Shown here one piece after another: positions 43,821 to 53,185 of a DNA stretch of 64,000 nt. Every line of letters starts with the position of its first letter. Within the stretch, counting starts at the first letter, position 1. This stretch comes from Candidatus Thorarchaeota archaeon (GTDB lineage: Archaea > Asgardarchaeota > Thorarchaeia > Thorarchaeales > Thorarchaeaceae), in contig JAWAQK010000001.1 in assembly GCA_038893995.1 (NCBI GenBank), forward strand, positions 43,776 to 107,775, in the 5' to 3' direction. The position numbers and the translations under genes are program-made. The notes under the pieces were generated by a model. That model searched no databases. It was not told the DNA's origin and saw only the letters and a list, made by a program, of their open reading frames with translations.

Positions 43821-46241
43821 ATGAGAGGCGGCGACAGTGTCAGGGCGACTATGAAGACAGGACGACTGGGCACGACCATCCCTGTGTTGTTGATCATTCT
43901 GTTCATTATGTTTCCATGGATTGTAGTTACGGATTCTGTGCACACGACCGAACCCGATCGTGAGCCAACATCAGACGCTATCTCAGCGAGAGTACTGATC
44001 GACGAGTCTCACTGTGCGAACGGAAGTAGTCTGTGGACTCCCGGCAACCTATCTCTCTTTGGATGGATACTTCAGCAGAACGGCCATGTAGTGACTACAA
44101 ATCTTGCCACGAGCCTGGATTCTGGGATCCTGCAGGACTACGATGTTGTCGTCCTCTTCTATCCTGCAGTCAACCTGACCGCAGGCGAATTTGATGCTAT
44201 CCGAGCGTTCGTTGAGTCGGGTAGGGGACTAGTCCTGGTTGGTACCGACAATGAGAATTGGTGGAAGCTCAGGCCAGATTATCTCAACACAATCTCCCGA
44301 GGATATGGTATAGAGTTCAACCAGGACCGTGTGACTGCCGATGTGACAGATCTTGCTGTGCACCCCATCAACCATCAGGTCTCGGTGCTTCACACGAGAG
44401 GGATCCAACTTGATGGGTGTACTCTCACTCTAAGCGGAGCGGCAGCGTATATTGCAGCAGTCCCTACGGGTCCAGTTGCTGCAGTAACAGAGGCCGGTGC
44501 GGGTAAGATCGTTGCAGTGGGTACGCCCGCACCATTCTACATGTACCGCATGCTCGACCCATCAGCCAGCAGAGCACATTTCCAGTTCGCTCTAAACATA
44601 ATTGATTGGCTGGCGAGCAATTCACCCAGGACCGTCAACGAGCCCGAATATGCCATCATTAGAGTCAAGTCAGGACCGACTCTGAGTGCTGAGGACCTGG
44701 AAAGATACAAGCTGTACGTAGGACTGTATCACGACCACACCACTCATAGTGACGGCGCAAACTCGGCTGCACGCATGCTTGAAGCAGGGCTCGAAAAGGG
44801 ACTCGACTTCATGATACTGACGGACCATTCGCACTTGCAGCCAAACACCATATCCGGGGTGTATGGAGCCATGGAGGCGAGGAGCATCGCCGAGAAGTAC
44901 GGACTCGACTGTCTTCAAGTCATTGGAGCTGAACTGTCGTCCGTAAAACACACAGCGGGATTCCCACTGAATGAGAATATCTGGACAAACAACCAGTCGG
45001 AGGCAGTCATTCGGATTCACGAACAGGGCGGAATCGCTATACTCTGCCATCCGACAATGGAATACTCCTACGGCGAGGTCTTCTCGCGAATGAACGAACT
45101 CAACTATGACGCATTTGAGGTCGACAACAGCGGATACATTTTCGGCTCGGGCGAGGATGCTCTGATCTGGCCATTCATGGGTGCCTGTGACAGTCACTCT
45201 GCGTCCCATGTAGGTGACGTGCTGAACGCCCTTTTCGTCGAGAACCCCAGCGGACAGGAGGGACAACTGGCAGATGAGGACATCAAGAACGCAGTCCTCA
45301 CCAGACAACTGGTCGTGCTGGATCAGCTCAACAAGATCATACTCGGCGACAAGACATGGGTCGACAGACTCGTGGAGATGTGGGACAATGCCAAGAATGA
45401 CATCACACAGACGGAGAATCTTCTGACCCAGATCGAGTCAACAGGACAGAAAGTTACCATGTCCAGATACTACCTCGACTCAGCAAGGACCTCGCTCGAA
45501 CACATGAGCATCGGACGTGCAGGACGTCTACTTGGAAATGCGACATCTGAACTTGTGTTGGGATTGGACATTGGAATTGAAACGATCGAGATTGGCGAGC
45601 CTTGGTCCAGCATACCAATAGTGATCAGGTTGGCCAACAACCATTCAGCTCCAGTCGTTCTAAATACAACCGTCTATCCGCTGGGTGAGGTGGTGATTGA
45701 CCCTATCAACCAGATCATCAATGCCTCTGCCAAGTCTGTGACAACTGAGACAAGGACCATGCAAACCGGAAACTATGGCTATCTGAATTTCTGGCTCAAT
45801 GTCATGAGCCTGTCTGATGAATATACTCTCATTCCTATCTTCATCTCAAGTCGGGGTCTTATCGATCATGTGACACACACAATAACACCTGTAGGTGACA
45901 GCTTTCAGGTCGAGTTTCAATTCTGGATAGGGAGGCAGAACACCAAGACAGTCATCGATGCGTCTCTATTCTACGACACGGGATCGGGCTGGACGATGGC
46001 CAAAATGGAAGAGTCCTGGAACTACTTCTTTGCCCGAGTTGGTCAACTGCAGGCAGGCATGAAGATTCGTTATCGTGTCGTCGTGGTCACTGAGAGTGGT
46101 GTATTCACCCTCCGTGAGAGGTTGGCAGAGATACCTGGCACAAGTCCAGACCTGGGCATCATAGGGCTAGTCGTTGCCGTGGGAGCGCTTGGGCTGGTCA
46201 CTGTGCTTGGCGTCTGGCGCATGAGGATCCGTCGAAACTGA
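43821..46241 (+). CDS. Surface-anchored protein with an N-terminal domain paralogous to the previous gene, plus a PHP-family phosphoesterase domain.
   Basis: Signal helix LGTTIPVLLIILFIMF. VLIDESHCANGS...VVLVGTDNEN resembles the upstream paralog. PHP motifs are LYHDHTTHSDG and IAILCHP. C-terminal TM anchor GIIGLVVAVGALGLVTVLGVW followed by a basic tail. 806 aa. Confidence 0.6.
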   Translation: MRGGDSVRATMKTGRLGTTIPVLLIILFIMFPWIVVTDSVHTTEPDREPTSDAISARVLIDESHCANGSSLWTPGNLSLFGWILQQNGHVVTTNLATSLDSGILQDYDVVVLFYPAVNLTAGEFDAIRAFVESGRGLVLVGTDNENWWKLRPDYLNTISRGYGIEFNQDRVTADVTDLAVHPINHQVSVLHTRGIQLDGCTLTLSGAAAYIAAVPTGPVAAVTEAGAGKIVAVGTPAPFYMYRMLDPSASRAHFQFALNIIDWLASNSPRTVNEPEYAIIRVKSGPTLSAEDLERYKLYVGLYHDHTTHSDGANSAARMLEAGLEKGLDFMILTDHSHLQPNTISGVYGAMEARSIAEKYGLDCLQVIGAELSSVKHTAGFPLNENIWTNNQSEAVIRIHEQGGIAILCHPTMEYSYGEVFSRMNELNYDAFEVDNSGYIFGSGEDALIWPFMGACDSHSASHVGDVLNALFVENPSGQEGQLADEDIKNAVLTRQLVVLDQLNKIILGDKTWVDRLVEMWDNAKNDITQTENLLTQIESTGQKVTMSRYYLDSARTSLEHMSIGRAGRLLGNATSELVLGLDIGIETIEIGEPWSSIPIVIRLANNHSAPVVLNTTVYPLGEVVIDPINQIINASAKSVTTETRTMQTGNYGYLNFWLNVMSLSDEYTLIPIFISSRGLIDHVTHTITPVGDSFQVEFQFWIGRQNTKTVIDASLFYDTGSGWTMAKMEESWNYFFARVGQLQAGMKIRYRVVVVTESGVFTLRERLAEIPGTSPDLGIIGLVVAVGALGLVTVLGVWRMRIRRN

Positions 46242-46486
46242 TTGACCCAGTGATGTGGCCGCGTACATTACTGCGAGCAGTACAATAGTTTCCCGGGTGG
46301 ACCGACTGTCACGTGTCGGTCTGGGATCAAAGCCAATTGACTGCTTATGCATCCTTGAAACCGGTGACGGACATAGACACTAGGACTGCGAACATTTGAC
46401 CGGGTCTGTGTCTAGTAGTCATCGGCTAGAACTCGAGAAGTTCTATCTGCCCAAAGTAGCTCGCAAGCTCCATCTCTGGTCCTTCA

Positions 46487-46500
46487 CATAATTTAATATT
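46487..46500 (+). promoter_or_regulatory. Putative archaeal TATA box / BRE for the 46567 gene.
   Basis: ATAATTTAATATT lies in an otherwise GC-rich intergenic region about 70 nt upstream of the ATG. GGAACTGGAG precedes the start codon. Confidence 0.3.
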
Positions 46501-46566
46501 CATTGATGAGTATTGTACATAAGATAGGGATAGAACTTACATCGGACTGAGTGAGAGGAACTGGAG

Positions 46567-47139
46567 ATGCACGACCTCGAACGGGACGTAATAACAGCCT
46601 TCGGTCATGCAGTTGTTGAGTTCGAGGCCGCCCTGTATCAGAAGTTCATCATGATGTCTAGCGGTCATTCGTTGATAACCGTGGAGGAGTTCAGGAAGAT
46701 CCTGCAGGAGATGTACGCCAAGGGCTACATCAGTCCGTTAGATCTTCTGGGGAAGAAGGCATGGAAGAAGCTCGTGATCGAGGACAGGATCGATGACGCA
46801 CTGGTGCCACGAAGAATGATGATGAGTGGCGAGACACCCCCAGAGAGGATGGTCAAGACAAAGGGTCGTGTCGTCACTGAGTCCAGATGGGTTGCAGATC
46901 AGATAATGGAGGCCCTATCACGTAGCAGGTTCACAAGTAAGTCGCCTGAGAAGCGCATGGTCGAACTGCAGAAACATCTCTTAGAGATGAGGAAGGCACT
47001 CACGGTATCACAGAATGAGTTCATGAGCTATGTCGACAGGCACTTCCCCGATGTCAAGGAAGATCTGGCCAACCTGTTGAGGTCAAGAGGGGACCAGATG
47101 CTACTCCTTGGCATTAGGGTCCTGGAGGCTGTCGCATGA
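46567..47139 (+). CDS. Hypothetical protein.
   Basis: 190 aa, helical, charged, no recognised motif. Preceded by an AT-rich TATA-like element and a GGAG-type RBS. Confidence 0.4.
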   Translation: MHDLERDVITAFGHAVVEFEAALYQKFIMMSSGHSLITVEEFRKILQEMYAKGYISPLDLLGKKAWKKLVIEDRIDDALVPRRMMMSGETPPERMVKTKGRVVTESRWVADQIMEALSRSRFTSKSPEKRMVELQKHLLEMRKALTVSQNEFMSYVDRHFPDVKEDLANLLRSRGDQMLLLGIRVLEAVA

Positions 47140-47148
47140 GAGGCTGAA

Positions 47149-48270
47149 CTAGTAATCTCTCTTGACCAGGAATTCAGAGAAGTCCAACAGGAACTTACTG
47201 TATTTCTCGACGAGAGGTGGTAGTGCTTTTCCAAGACTCCTCTGACCCTCGTTGAGGAGCTCGAGCATAAGGCGCCTGGAGGCCTCAAGCGCACCGGAGT
47301 CTACGAAGACCTTCCGCACCTGATCAACCTCTTCGGGGGTCATGTCTCTCTTCCCCAGTAGCTCACGGAGAATACGTCTGTGTTCCGAACTGCCCATCTC
47401 GTTTGTCTTGACCACCAGGATCGTCTTCTTACCCTCTCGTATGTCCCCATCAGCGGACTTGCCTGTCACCTTCTCATCGCCGAAAGATCCAAGTATGTCA
47501 TCCTGAATCTGGAAGGCCTGACCCACCCGTGTTGCATAGACACTCAGCGATGACTTCTGGGACTCACTGGCACCAGCAATCGTGGCGCCCATCAAAAGTG
47601 ACTTCTCGATAAGCGCAGCAGTCTTCATTCGAATCATATCGAGGTAGGACGCAGTACTTGTCTCGGTATCGTGGACCATCACCATCTCAAGGAGTACTCC
47701 ATCGACAAGCTCGTGGTATGCGGCCTGGTAATGACGCATGCACTCGACGCATGTCGTGGGATCTAGTCCAGAGCTCGCAATCAACTCGGCACCCATGTTC
47801 AGTACTGAGTCGCCACTGAGTATGGCCATAGCGGCTCCAAATTCTGCAGCCCGGTCGGGGGCTGCACCTCGTGTCTTGGCCGCCCAGTCACGGTAGAGAG
47901 CGTGGACAGTGGGACCACCCCTACGCGTTTCATCACGGTCGATCAGATCATCGTGAAGAAGCGAACCGTTGTGGAGGAACTCCACTGCGCATGACACCCT
48001 ATAGAGATTGGCGGGCGCGGGCTGGTCTGAAATGGCCTTGTAACCTATCACGGTCAAGAGTGGTCGCAGACGCTTTCCCCCACGCATCATATAGTCGCGG
48101 ATGTTCGTGTAGAACTGGTGGAACAGAGGTCCCATCTTCTCGCTGCCGACGAGTATTGATGCAAAGTGCTCGGACAATGCTGCGCTAACACGCTGGAGTT
48201 CGGTGGTCATTATCTGTTCGTATTCTGACAGGTGTCTCAGCCCCTTGACGACGGGAGCGAAAGACCTCAC
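47149..48270 (-). CDS. idsA: Polyprenyl (geranylgeranyl) diphosphate synthase with a C-terminal extension.
   Basis: FARM LLHDDLIDRDETRRG and SARM FQIQDDILG. 373 aa. Confidence 0.8.
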   Translation of the reverse strand: MRSFAPVVKGLRHLSEYEQIMTTELQRVSAALSEHFASILVGSEKMGPLFHQFYTNIRDYMMRGGKRLRPLLTVIGYKAISDQPAPANLYRVSCAVEFLHNGSLLHDDLIDRDETRRGGPTVHALYRDWAAKTRGAAPDRAAEFGAAMAILSGDSVLNMGAELIASSGLDPTTCVECMRHYQAAYHELVDGVLLEMVMVHDTETSTASYLDMIRMKTAALIEKSLLMGATIAGASESQKSSLSVYATRVGQAFQIQDDILGSFGDEKVTGKSADGDIREGKKTILVVKTNEMGSSEHRRILRELLGKRDMTPEEVDQVRKVFVDSGALEASRRLMLELLNEGQRSLGKALPPLVEKYSKFLLDFSEFLVKRDY

Positions 48271-48777
48271 CTATTTTAGCGTTACTGATTGTGTCGAGTC
48301 TCAGTTCTTCAATCAACGATAGGGCAAGAAGAGTTGGACACTGACACGGGTCTATTGTGGCTCGACTAGATGATGTAGGACACTGCAATTGTTCCGTGTG
48401 GCTACAGAGTTGCTACGATCACTCGGTACGGACAATCTATGGATGTCCCACCCGACATGCCCGACGCTCGGACACTGGGACCTCGACGCATTGAATCCAT
48501 TGTCGTAAGGCGCATAGTAGATCTAGGAATCCCACACATTCGACGTGTAGTTTAAGCCTGGTTTAACCCAGACCGTGAGGTCAGGATCGTATCCTCTGGG
48601 GTATCGCCCAATGGGATGGCCGGCACTACCAGACCCGGGTTGTAGACATGCTTTTGACGAATATGCAATCCACCTGAACCCCAGGCCTGGTCCCTCATTG
48701 CTGACGGGCCTCAACGGGCGCGTGCTATCACGATCAAGTCTGTCATGGGCATCGAGCGTATAGTTCTGTGAGCACAC

Positions 48778-49698
48778 TCAGATCAGGAGGGTGCCTCTCA
48801 TGACAGTCACTCCCTTTCCACTCACCTTGACGTGTCTGATCTCGTTCTGGTCACCGTCAACCTCAACGAAGATCTTACCGGGTCTGCCAAGTATATGCCC
48901 CTGCTCAATGACAATACTCGTGACAGGCTGCGAAGGAGCAATGATGCCATACTTGATCAGGTAGCCGGCCATGCTTCCTGCAGCCGAGCCTGTCACAGGG
49001 TCCTCTTCAATTCCAAGCAGTGGGGCAAAGTGCCTGACATGAACATCTGATGTGGGATCCAACGTTTCTCTTGTGAAGACCTGTATAGACAGCCAATCGG
49101 AGTCACTCTGAAGTTGGTTGAGCAGTTCAGGATTGGGCTGGATGCGTCGGAGAGCACGGAGACTGGACACCGGTACCATCAGCTGAGGAACACCGGTACT
49201 TACGGTCTGGATAGGAAAGGGGGACATGATATCGGCCAGTGACAGTCCCAGAGCCATGGCATACTCGTGTGGGTCATATGTCTTCATGAAGGTGGGACGT
49301 TCGTGAGTTATCTGGACCTCGTGAAGTCCAGTCACCCGATCGTGTACGACCTCGATCTGGAGCACACCGGCTCTAGTTTCCAGGCTATGGACTGAAACGT
49401 CTCTCGATGTGTCGATCAGTCCCTGATCAATGAGGGCTACGAAGCCCGCCACGGTTAGATGTCCTGAGAATGGCATCTCTCCTCCCCGGGTCATGTAACG
49501 AAACAGCCAGTTTGCCGATGCAGACTTTCCAATGAACACGGTCTGGCCAGGACCGATCTCATCCACGATCTTCATCATCTGGTCGTCATTCAGATCGGTA
49601 CTGAACACCACAAGTGCGGGATTGCCGCCAAACGGGATATCGGTAAAGGCATCTACCTGGAAGACACCGATTTCGCTTCTACGATGCGCCATGCTCAA
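48778..49698 (-). CDS. PhzF-family (phenazine biosynthesis-like) isomerase/epimerase-fold protein.
   Basis: FQVDAFTDIPFGGNPALVVF at the N-terminus, and a second half with GSAAGSMAGYL, typical of PhzF/DAP-epimerase-like duplicated domains. 306 aa. Confidence 0.7.
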   Translation of the reverse strand: MSMAHRRSEIGVFQVDAFTDIPFGGNPALVVFSTDLNDDQMMKIVDEIGPGQTVFIGKSASANWLFRYMTRGGEMPFSGHLTVAGFVALIDQGLIDTSRDVSVHSLETRAGVLQIEVVHDRVTGLHEVQITHERPTFMKTYDPHEYAMALGLSLADIMSPFPIQTVSTGVPQLMVPVSSLRALRRIQPNPELLNQLQSDSDWLSIQVFTRETLDPTSDVHVRHFAPLLGIEEDPVTGSAAGSMAGYLIKYGIIAPSQPVTSIVIEQGHILGRPGKIFVEVDGDQNEIRHVKVSGKGVTVMRGTLLI

Positions 49699-50140
49699 CT
49701 ACACAAATCACACACCTGCTAATTAACCCTGTTCAGGTGTTCGACTTGTGAGACCAGGTGGTTGAGAATGAGGTGGCAGGCACATGGGACATCGTGGTAG
49801 GAGGGGGAGTTTCATAGTTGAGGGCATACAACTAAAAACAACCCATGTACCTGCCATTGCTAAGTGATTGCACCAGGGTTGTGTCTCGCGCTACCACTGT
49901 ACCATAGACAGAAGTCCTCGCCCTATTTAATATTTCTATTATGCGATGACTAAACGAGTGTTTAGTCCGTGTGACAGTTCCGGTACTTCGTAGTTTAAGA
50001 TGCATGAATCAATATCGCAGAAACGTATTGCAGGTAGAAGACGAACAGTGGCAAGGCCAGCCAGGGAATGTGCACCCGGCCAGCCCGACACACCGCTAGC
50101 ATGCTCCTCGGAACTAGGGCGGACTTGCCACCTCAGCGGA

Positions 50141-51844
50141 CTAGACATGGAACGGCCGAGATATGCTCTCTTCCTCAACGGCGTCAGGTCTATGGCCCTC
50201 TCTCCACTGATCCAGAGTCACGGAGTACTTTCTCTCTAGCCTGGACCGGTGAATGGTATTCATGGTGCAGAAGGGTACGATTCGGCCGTCGGGAGTAGCA
50301 TAGTTCACGTCACAGTGTTGCACACGTTCGAGGTCGAGGTTGAAAGGATCCTGAAAGTGCATTATGCCGATCATGATGACACGACGCATGAACTTCGCCA
50401 ACGATTCGTAGTCACCCCGGTTGAGGAAGGCGACCAGCAAGTCCTTTAGGACGCCCTTCTTCTTGATGAAACGGACACTGCCCAGCATCTTCGCCTTCGC
50501 ACGGGCACTTGCACCCCGTTTCTCGTTGGCATAGAGATCAGAGATCTCCGAAAGCACCTCAAGGAACTTATCCACGTCGATCATGTCCGTGATGGGACGA
50601 TAGCTGCCGTCCTCGTCAATGTATATGAACGTGGACATCCCACATGCAAAGTGTGAGCTGAGTTCTAGCTGAGGACTGCCCTTCATGAAACCCAGGGCCC
50701 TCCCAACGGGCAACATGGCTGGCACTGGATACCACACCGTTGCAGGGATGAGACCATTGGTCTGCTCTTCGATGAGGTGTATGACATCGGGAACAGTGAT
50801 CCTCATCTTCATCCGTGCGCTATAGTCAATCCTACCAGTGATGCTGACTGGCTGGAAGTTCACACAACGCACCACATCCCTGTTCTGTACTGCGAACTCA
50901 ACTATCTTGCCAAGTTGGTCATCATTCACGCCCCTAACAACAGTGGGAACTAGCACGAGAGACTCCATACCTATCTCTCGAGCATTCTGGATTGCCTGTT
51001 TCTTCACATCGAGCAGGTTCATCCCTCGGGCGGCAATGTAGGGTTCGGGCGTGACTCCATCAAACTGCATGTAGACTGTCGACAGTCCGGCGTCTCTGAG
51101 CTCCTGGAGATACTCCTTGCTCTTCCCAATCCGAATCCCGTTACTGGCGATCTCCACGTGCCTGAAACCAAGCTGCTTTGCCCATCGTATGTACTGAGGC
51201 AGATGCTTACTGACTGTGGGCTCACCACCTGCGAACTGGATGGCTGGGGCGGGCACCGGAAGGTTTCTCCTCAGATTTCGCATCATTTCCAGGACCTCTT
51301 CGGGTTTGGGCTCGTAGACTGTGCCGCCCTCTGCTGCAACCGCGAAACAGATTGGACATCTCAGGTTGCAGCGGTTCGTGACGTCCAGGAGTGCAAGCGC
51401 AGTGTGGGACTTGTGCTGTGGGCACTGTCCGCAGTCCTCGGGGCAACCTGCTACAGTTTGGGTCCTGGGATTGTCCAACCCTACTGATCTGTACCACCGG
51501 CTCATGGCTCTCCTGAACATATCTGCGTCGCCCCAGTATATATCGACGAACTCGCCGTGCTTCTCGCATGTCTTCTTGTACATGACCTTCCCGTCTTCTT
51601 CATACAGCGTGGCATCGATGACATGCACCTTGTCCTCTCCCAAGAAGCACTCTGGACAGATTGACTTCGTGGTGTATGGGAGGGACCTCATAGGATACTT
51701 CTCGATCCGATACCTTGACAGACTGCCTCCATCGGCATGGGTCACCGGTTTCTCTGGAATAGGAGTCACATCTCCAGATGTCATATCATTCACCCAGACA
51801 ACTATTTTACCACTAGACAGGGTGGTATTGTAGCAACACGGCAA
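50141..51844 (-). CDS. Radical SAM protein with N-terminal and mid-protein Cys clusters (Tes/GDGT-MAS-like architecture).
   Basis: CNLRCPICF (Cx3Cx2C). Upstream CPECF...C...H and CPEDCGQCPQH clusters. 567 aa with a long C-terminal domain. Confidence 0.55.
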   Translation of the reverse strand: MPCCYNTTLSSGKIVVWVNDMTSGDVTPIPEKPVTHADGGSLSRYRIEKYPMRSLPYTTKSICPECFLGEDKVHVIDATLYEEDGKVMYKKTCEKHGEFVDIYWGDADMFRRAMSRWYRSVGLDNPRTQTVAGCPEDCGQCPQHKSHTALALLDVTNRCNLRCPICFAVAAEGGTVYEPKPEEVLEMMRNLRRNLPVPAPAIQFAGGEPTVSKHLPQYIRWAKQLGFRHVEIASNGIRIGKSKEYLQELRDAGLSTVYMQFDGVTPEPYIAARGMNLLDVKKQAIQNAREIGMESLVLVPTVVRGVNDDQLGKIVEFAVQNRDVVRCVNFQPVSITGRIDYSARMKMRITVPDVIHLIEEQTNGLIPATVWYPVPAMLPVGRALGFMKGSPQLELSSHFACGMSTFIYIDEDGSYRPITDMIDVDKFLEVLSEISDLYANEKRGASARAKAKMLGSVRFIKKKGVLKDLLVAFLNRGDYESLAKFMRRVIMIGIMHFQDPFNLDLERVQHCDVNYATPDGRIVPFCTMNTIHRSRLERKYSVTLDQWREGHRPDAVEEESISRPFHV

Positions 51845-51901
51845 TAGGGCCGGATATAATCTTTGTCCGACGAATCAGAGTATGAATAGATAGTCCGGTA
51901 G

Positions 51902-52225
51902 TCAGATGGACATGACGAGACCCTGGTCAAAACCACCACGAGACTTACGTTTCTGTTCACGGATCTGGTCAATCTCTGCAGGAGAGACACCCCGAATGTC
52001 AAGAAGACGTGAAACAGCCTCTAGTAGGTCAGCGATCTCCTCAATGTCGCCTGACTGCTCGAGTTCATATGCCTCCTCCACTATCTTCCGTCGGAGCATG
52101 AGGTCGAGCTCGACACCCGTCACGATACGTACTCTCACGGAACAGCCCCTGCTCCGCATGATATCAGGGACTCTATCACGGACCAGTTTTTCAGCGGGCT
52201 GCAAGATACCGGGCCCATTGCCCAT
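51902..52225 (-). CDS. MazG/PRA-PH-like all-alpha NTP pyrophosphohydrolase.
   Basis: KLVRDRVPDIM...EEAYELEQSGDIEEIADLLEAVSRLL...KRKSRGGF matches the PRA-PH/MazG-like family pattern. 107 aa. Confidence 0.5.
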   Translation of the reverse strand: MGNGPGILQPAEKLVRDRVPDIMRSRGCSVRVRIVTGVELDLMLRRKIVEEAYELEQSGDIEEIADLLEAVSRLLDIRGVSPAEIDQIREQKRKSRGGFDQGLVMSI

Positions 52226-52242
52226 CGGCCGTCACTCCCCCG

Positions 52243-52944
52243 TCACAGGATCATTGCCACGTCAATGTGGTCCCTGGCTGTGGTCATGAAAGAGTCGACG
52301 GCGGTAGCAACGTCGTCAGGCAGACTTCCGCTCCAGATTGCTGGGTCACTACGTTTCAGGCCGGCCCTCATCCGCTCCAGTGGTAGGAATCGGGGAGTCC
52401 GGTGAGTCAGGCTGAGAGATCCGAGCCACCGGCCCTGCCTCACGAGCTCATAGAGCGGCCGCAGTCCCAGCATCTCTTCAGGCACTAGAGCATCCCAGAA
52501 GAACGATACGCCACCGAACTGCTCAGGCTCGCCAATTCCGATCGCGTAGGTGTCAAGCGTAGCAACGGCTGAGCGGATGTCATAGAGCAGTCCGACCCGG
52601 CAATTGAGACACTGGTTGAACTCAAGACCATCACCGTTCGGTGCAACAAAGGCTATGCCGTTCTTCTCGACGTTGCTGTCGTTGCAGTGCATGCAGAGGT
52701 TCATTCCCCACCGTACCTGAAGATGATCCTTCATGGGTCCGTTCAGCAGTCGTCGCATCGACCCGTCGAAGGCATCTCTTACAACATCATGACCCTCAGT
52801 ATCGAGGCGTTGTCGAATAGCGCTCCAGAGATGTAGCCGGTCCTGCCAGAGGACATTCACAACCATGTCAGCCAATCGGTCAATACTCTTGGAGTCCAGT
52901 CCACTCACAGTCTCGCACCTAGGACTAGACAGGAGTCGCACCAA
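52243..52944 (-). CDS. Hypothetical protein.
   Basis: 233-aa ORF in the same operon as the MazG-like gene. No recognised motifs. A CxxC pair is present (CLNC). Confidence 0.35.
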   Translation of the reverse strand: MVRLLSSPRCETVSGLDSKSIDRLADMVVNVLWQDRLHLWSAIRQRLDTEGHDVVRDAFDGSMRRLLNGPMKDHLQVRWGMNLCMHCNDSNVEKNGIAFVAPNGDGLEFNQCLNCRVGLLYDIRSAVATLDTYAIGIGEPEQFGGVSFFWDALVPEEMLGLRPLYELVRQGRWLGSLSLTHRTPRFLPLERMRAGLKRSDPAIWSGSLPDDVATAVDSFMTTARDHIDVAMIL

Positions 52945-53185
52945 TTAAGTCTTGGCTGCGTCAATGGTCGACTCTGCTGCACATGGCCCGCCTCGGGATT
53001 GCCGAATGTTTTTAAGGGGATAGAGACTCGGAGCTTCCGGCAGCGGTCAGGTGAGATAAAGGATGGATTGCCAAATCGTCACTGCATCTCTATGACGTAC
53101 ATGAGATAGATGTCGTCACTTCACCTGAAGTCTTGCTGGATAACACTTTCTGCCCTTGTCTATTACTCTCAAAGAGGATACTGAG

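Noticed and set aside
44670-45308. 212-aa antisense ORF inside the PHP-domain surface protein gene.
   Set aside because: No motifs. The sense strand encodes a recognisable PHP domain exactly here.
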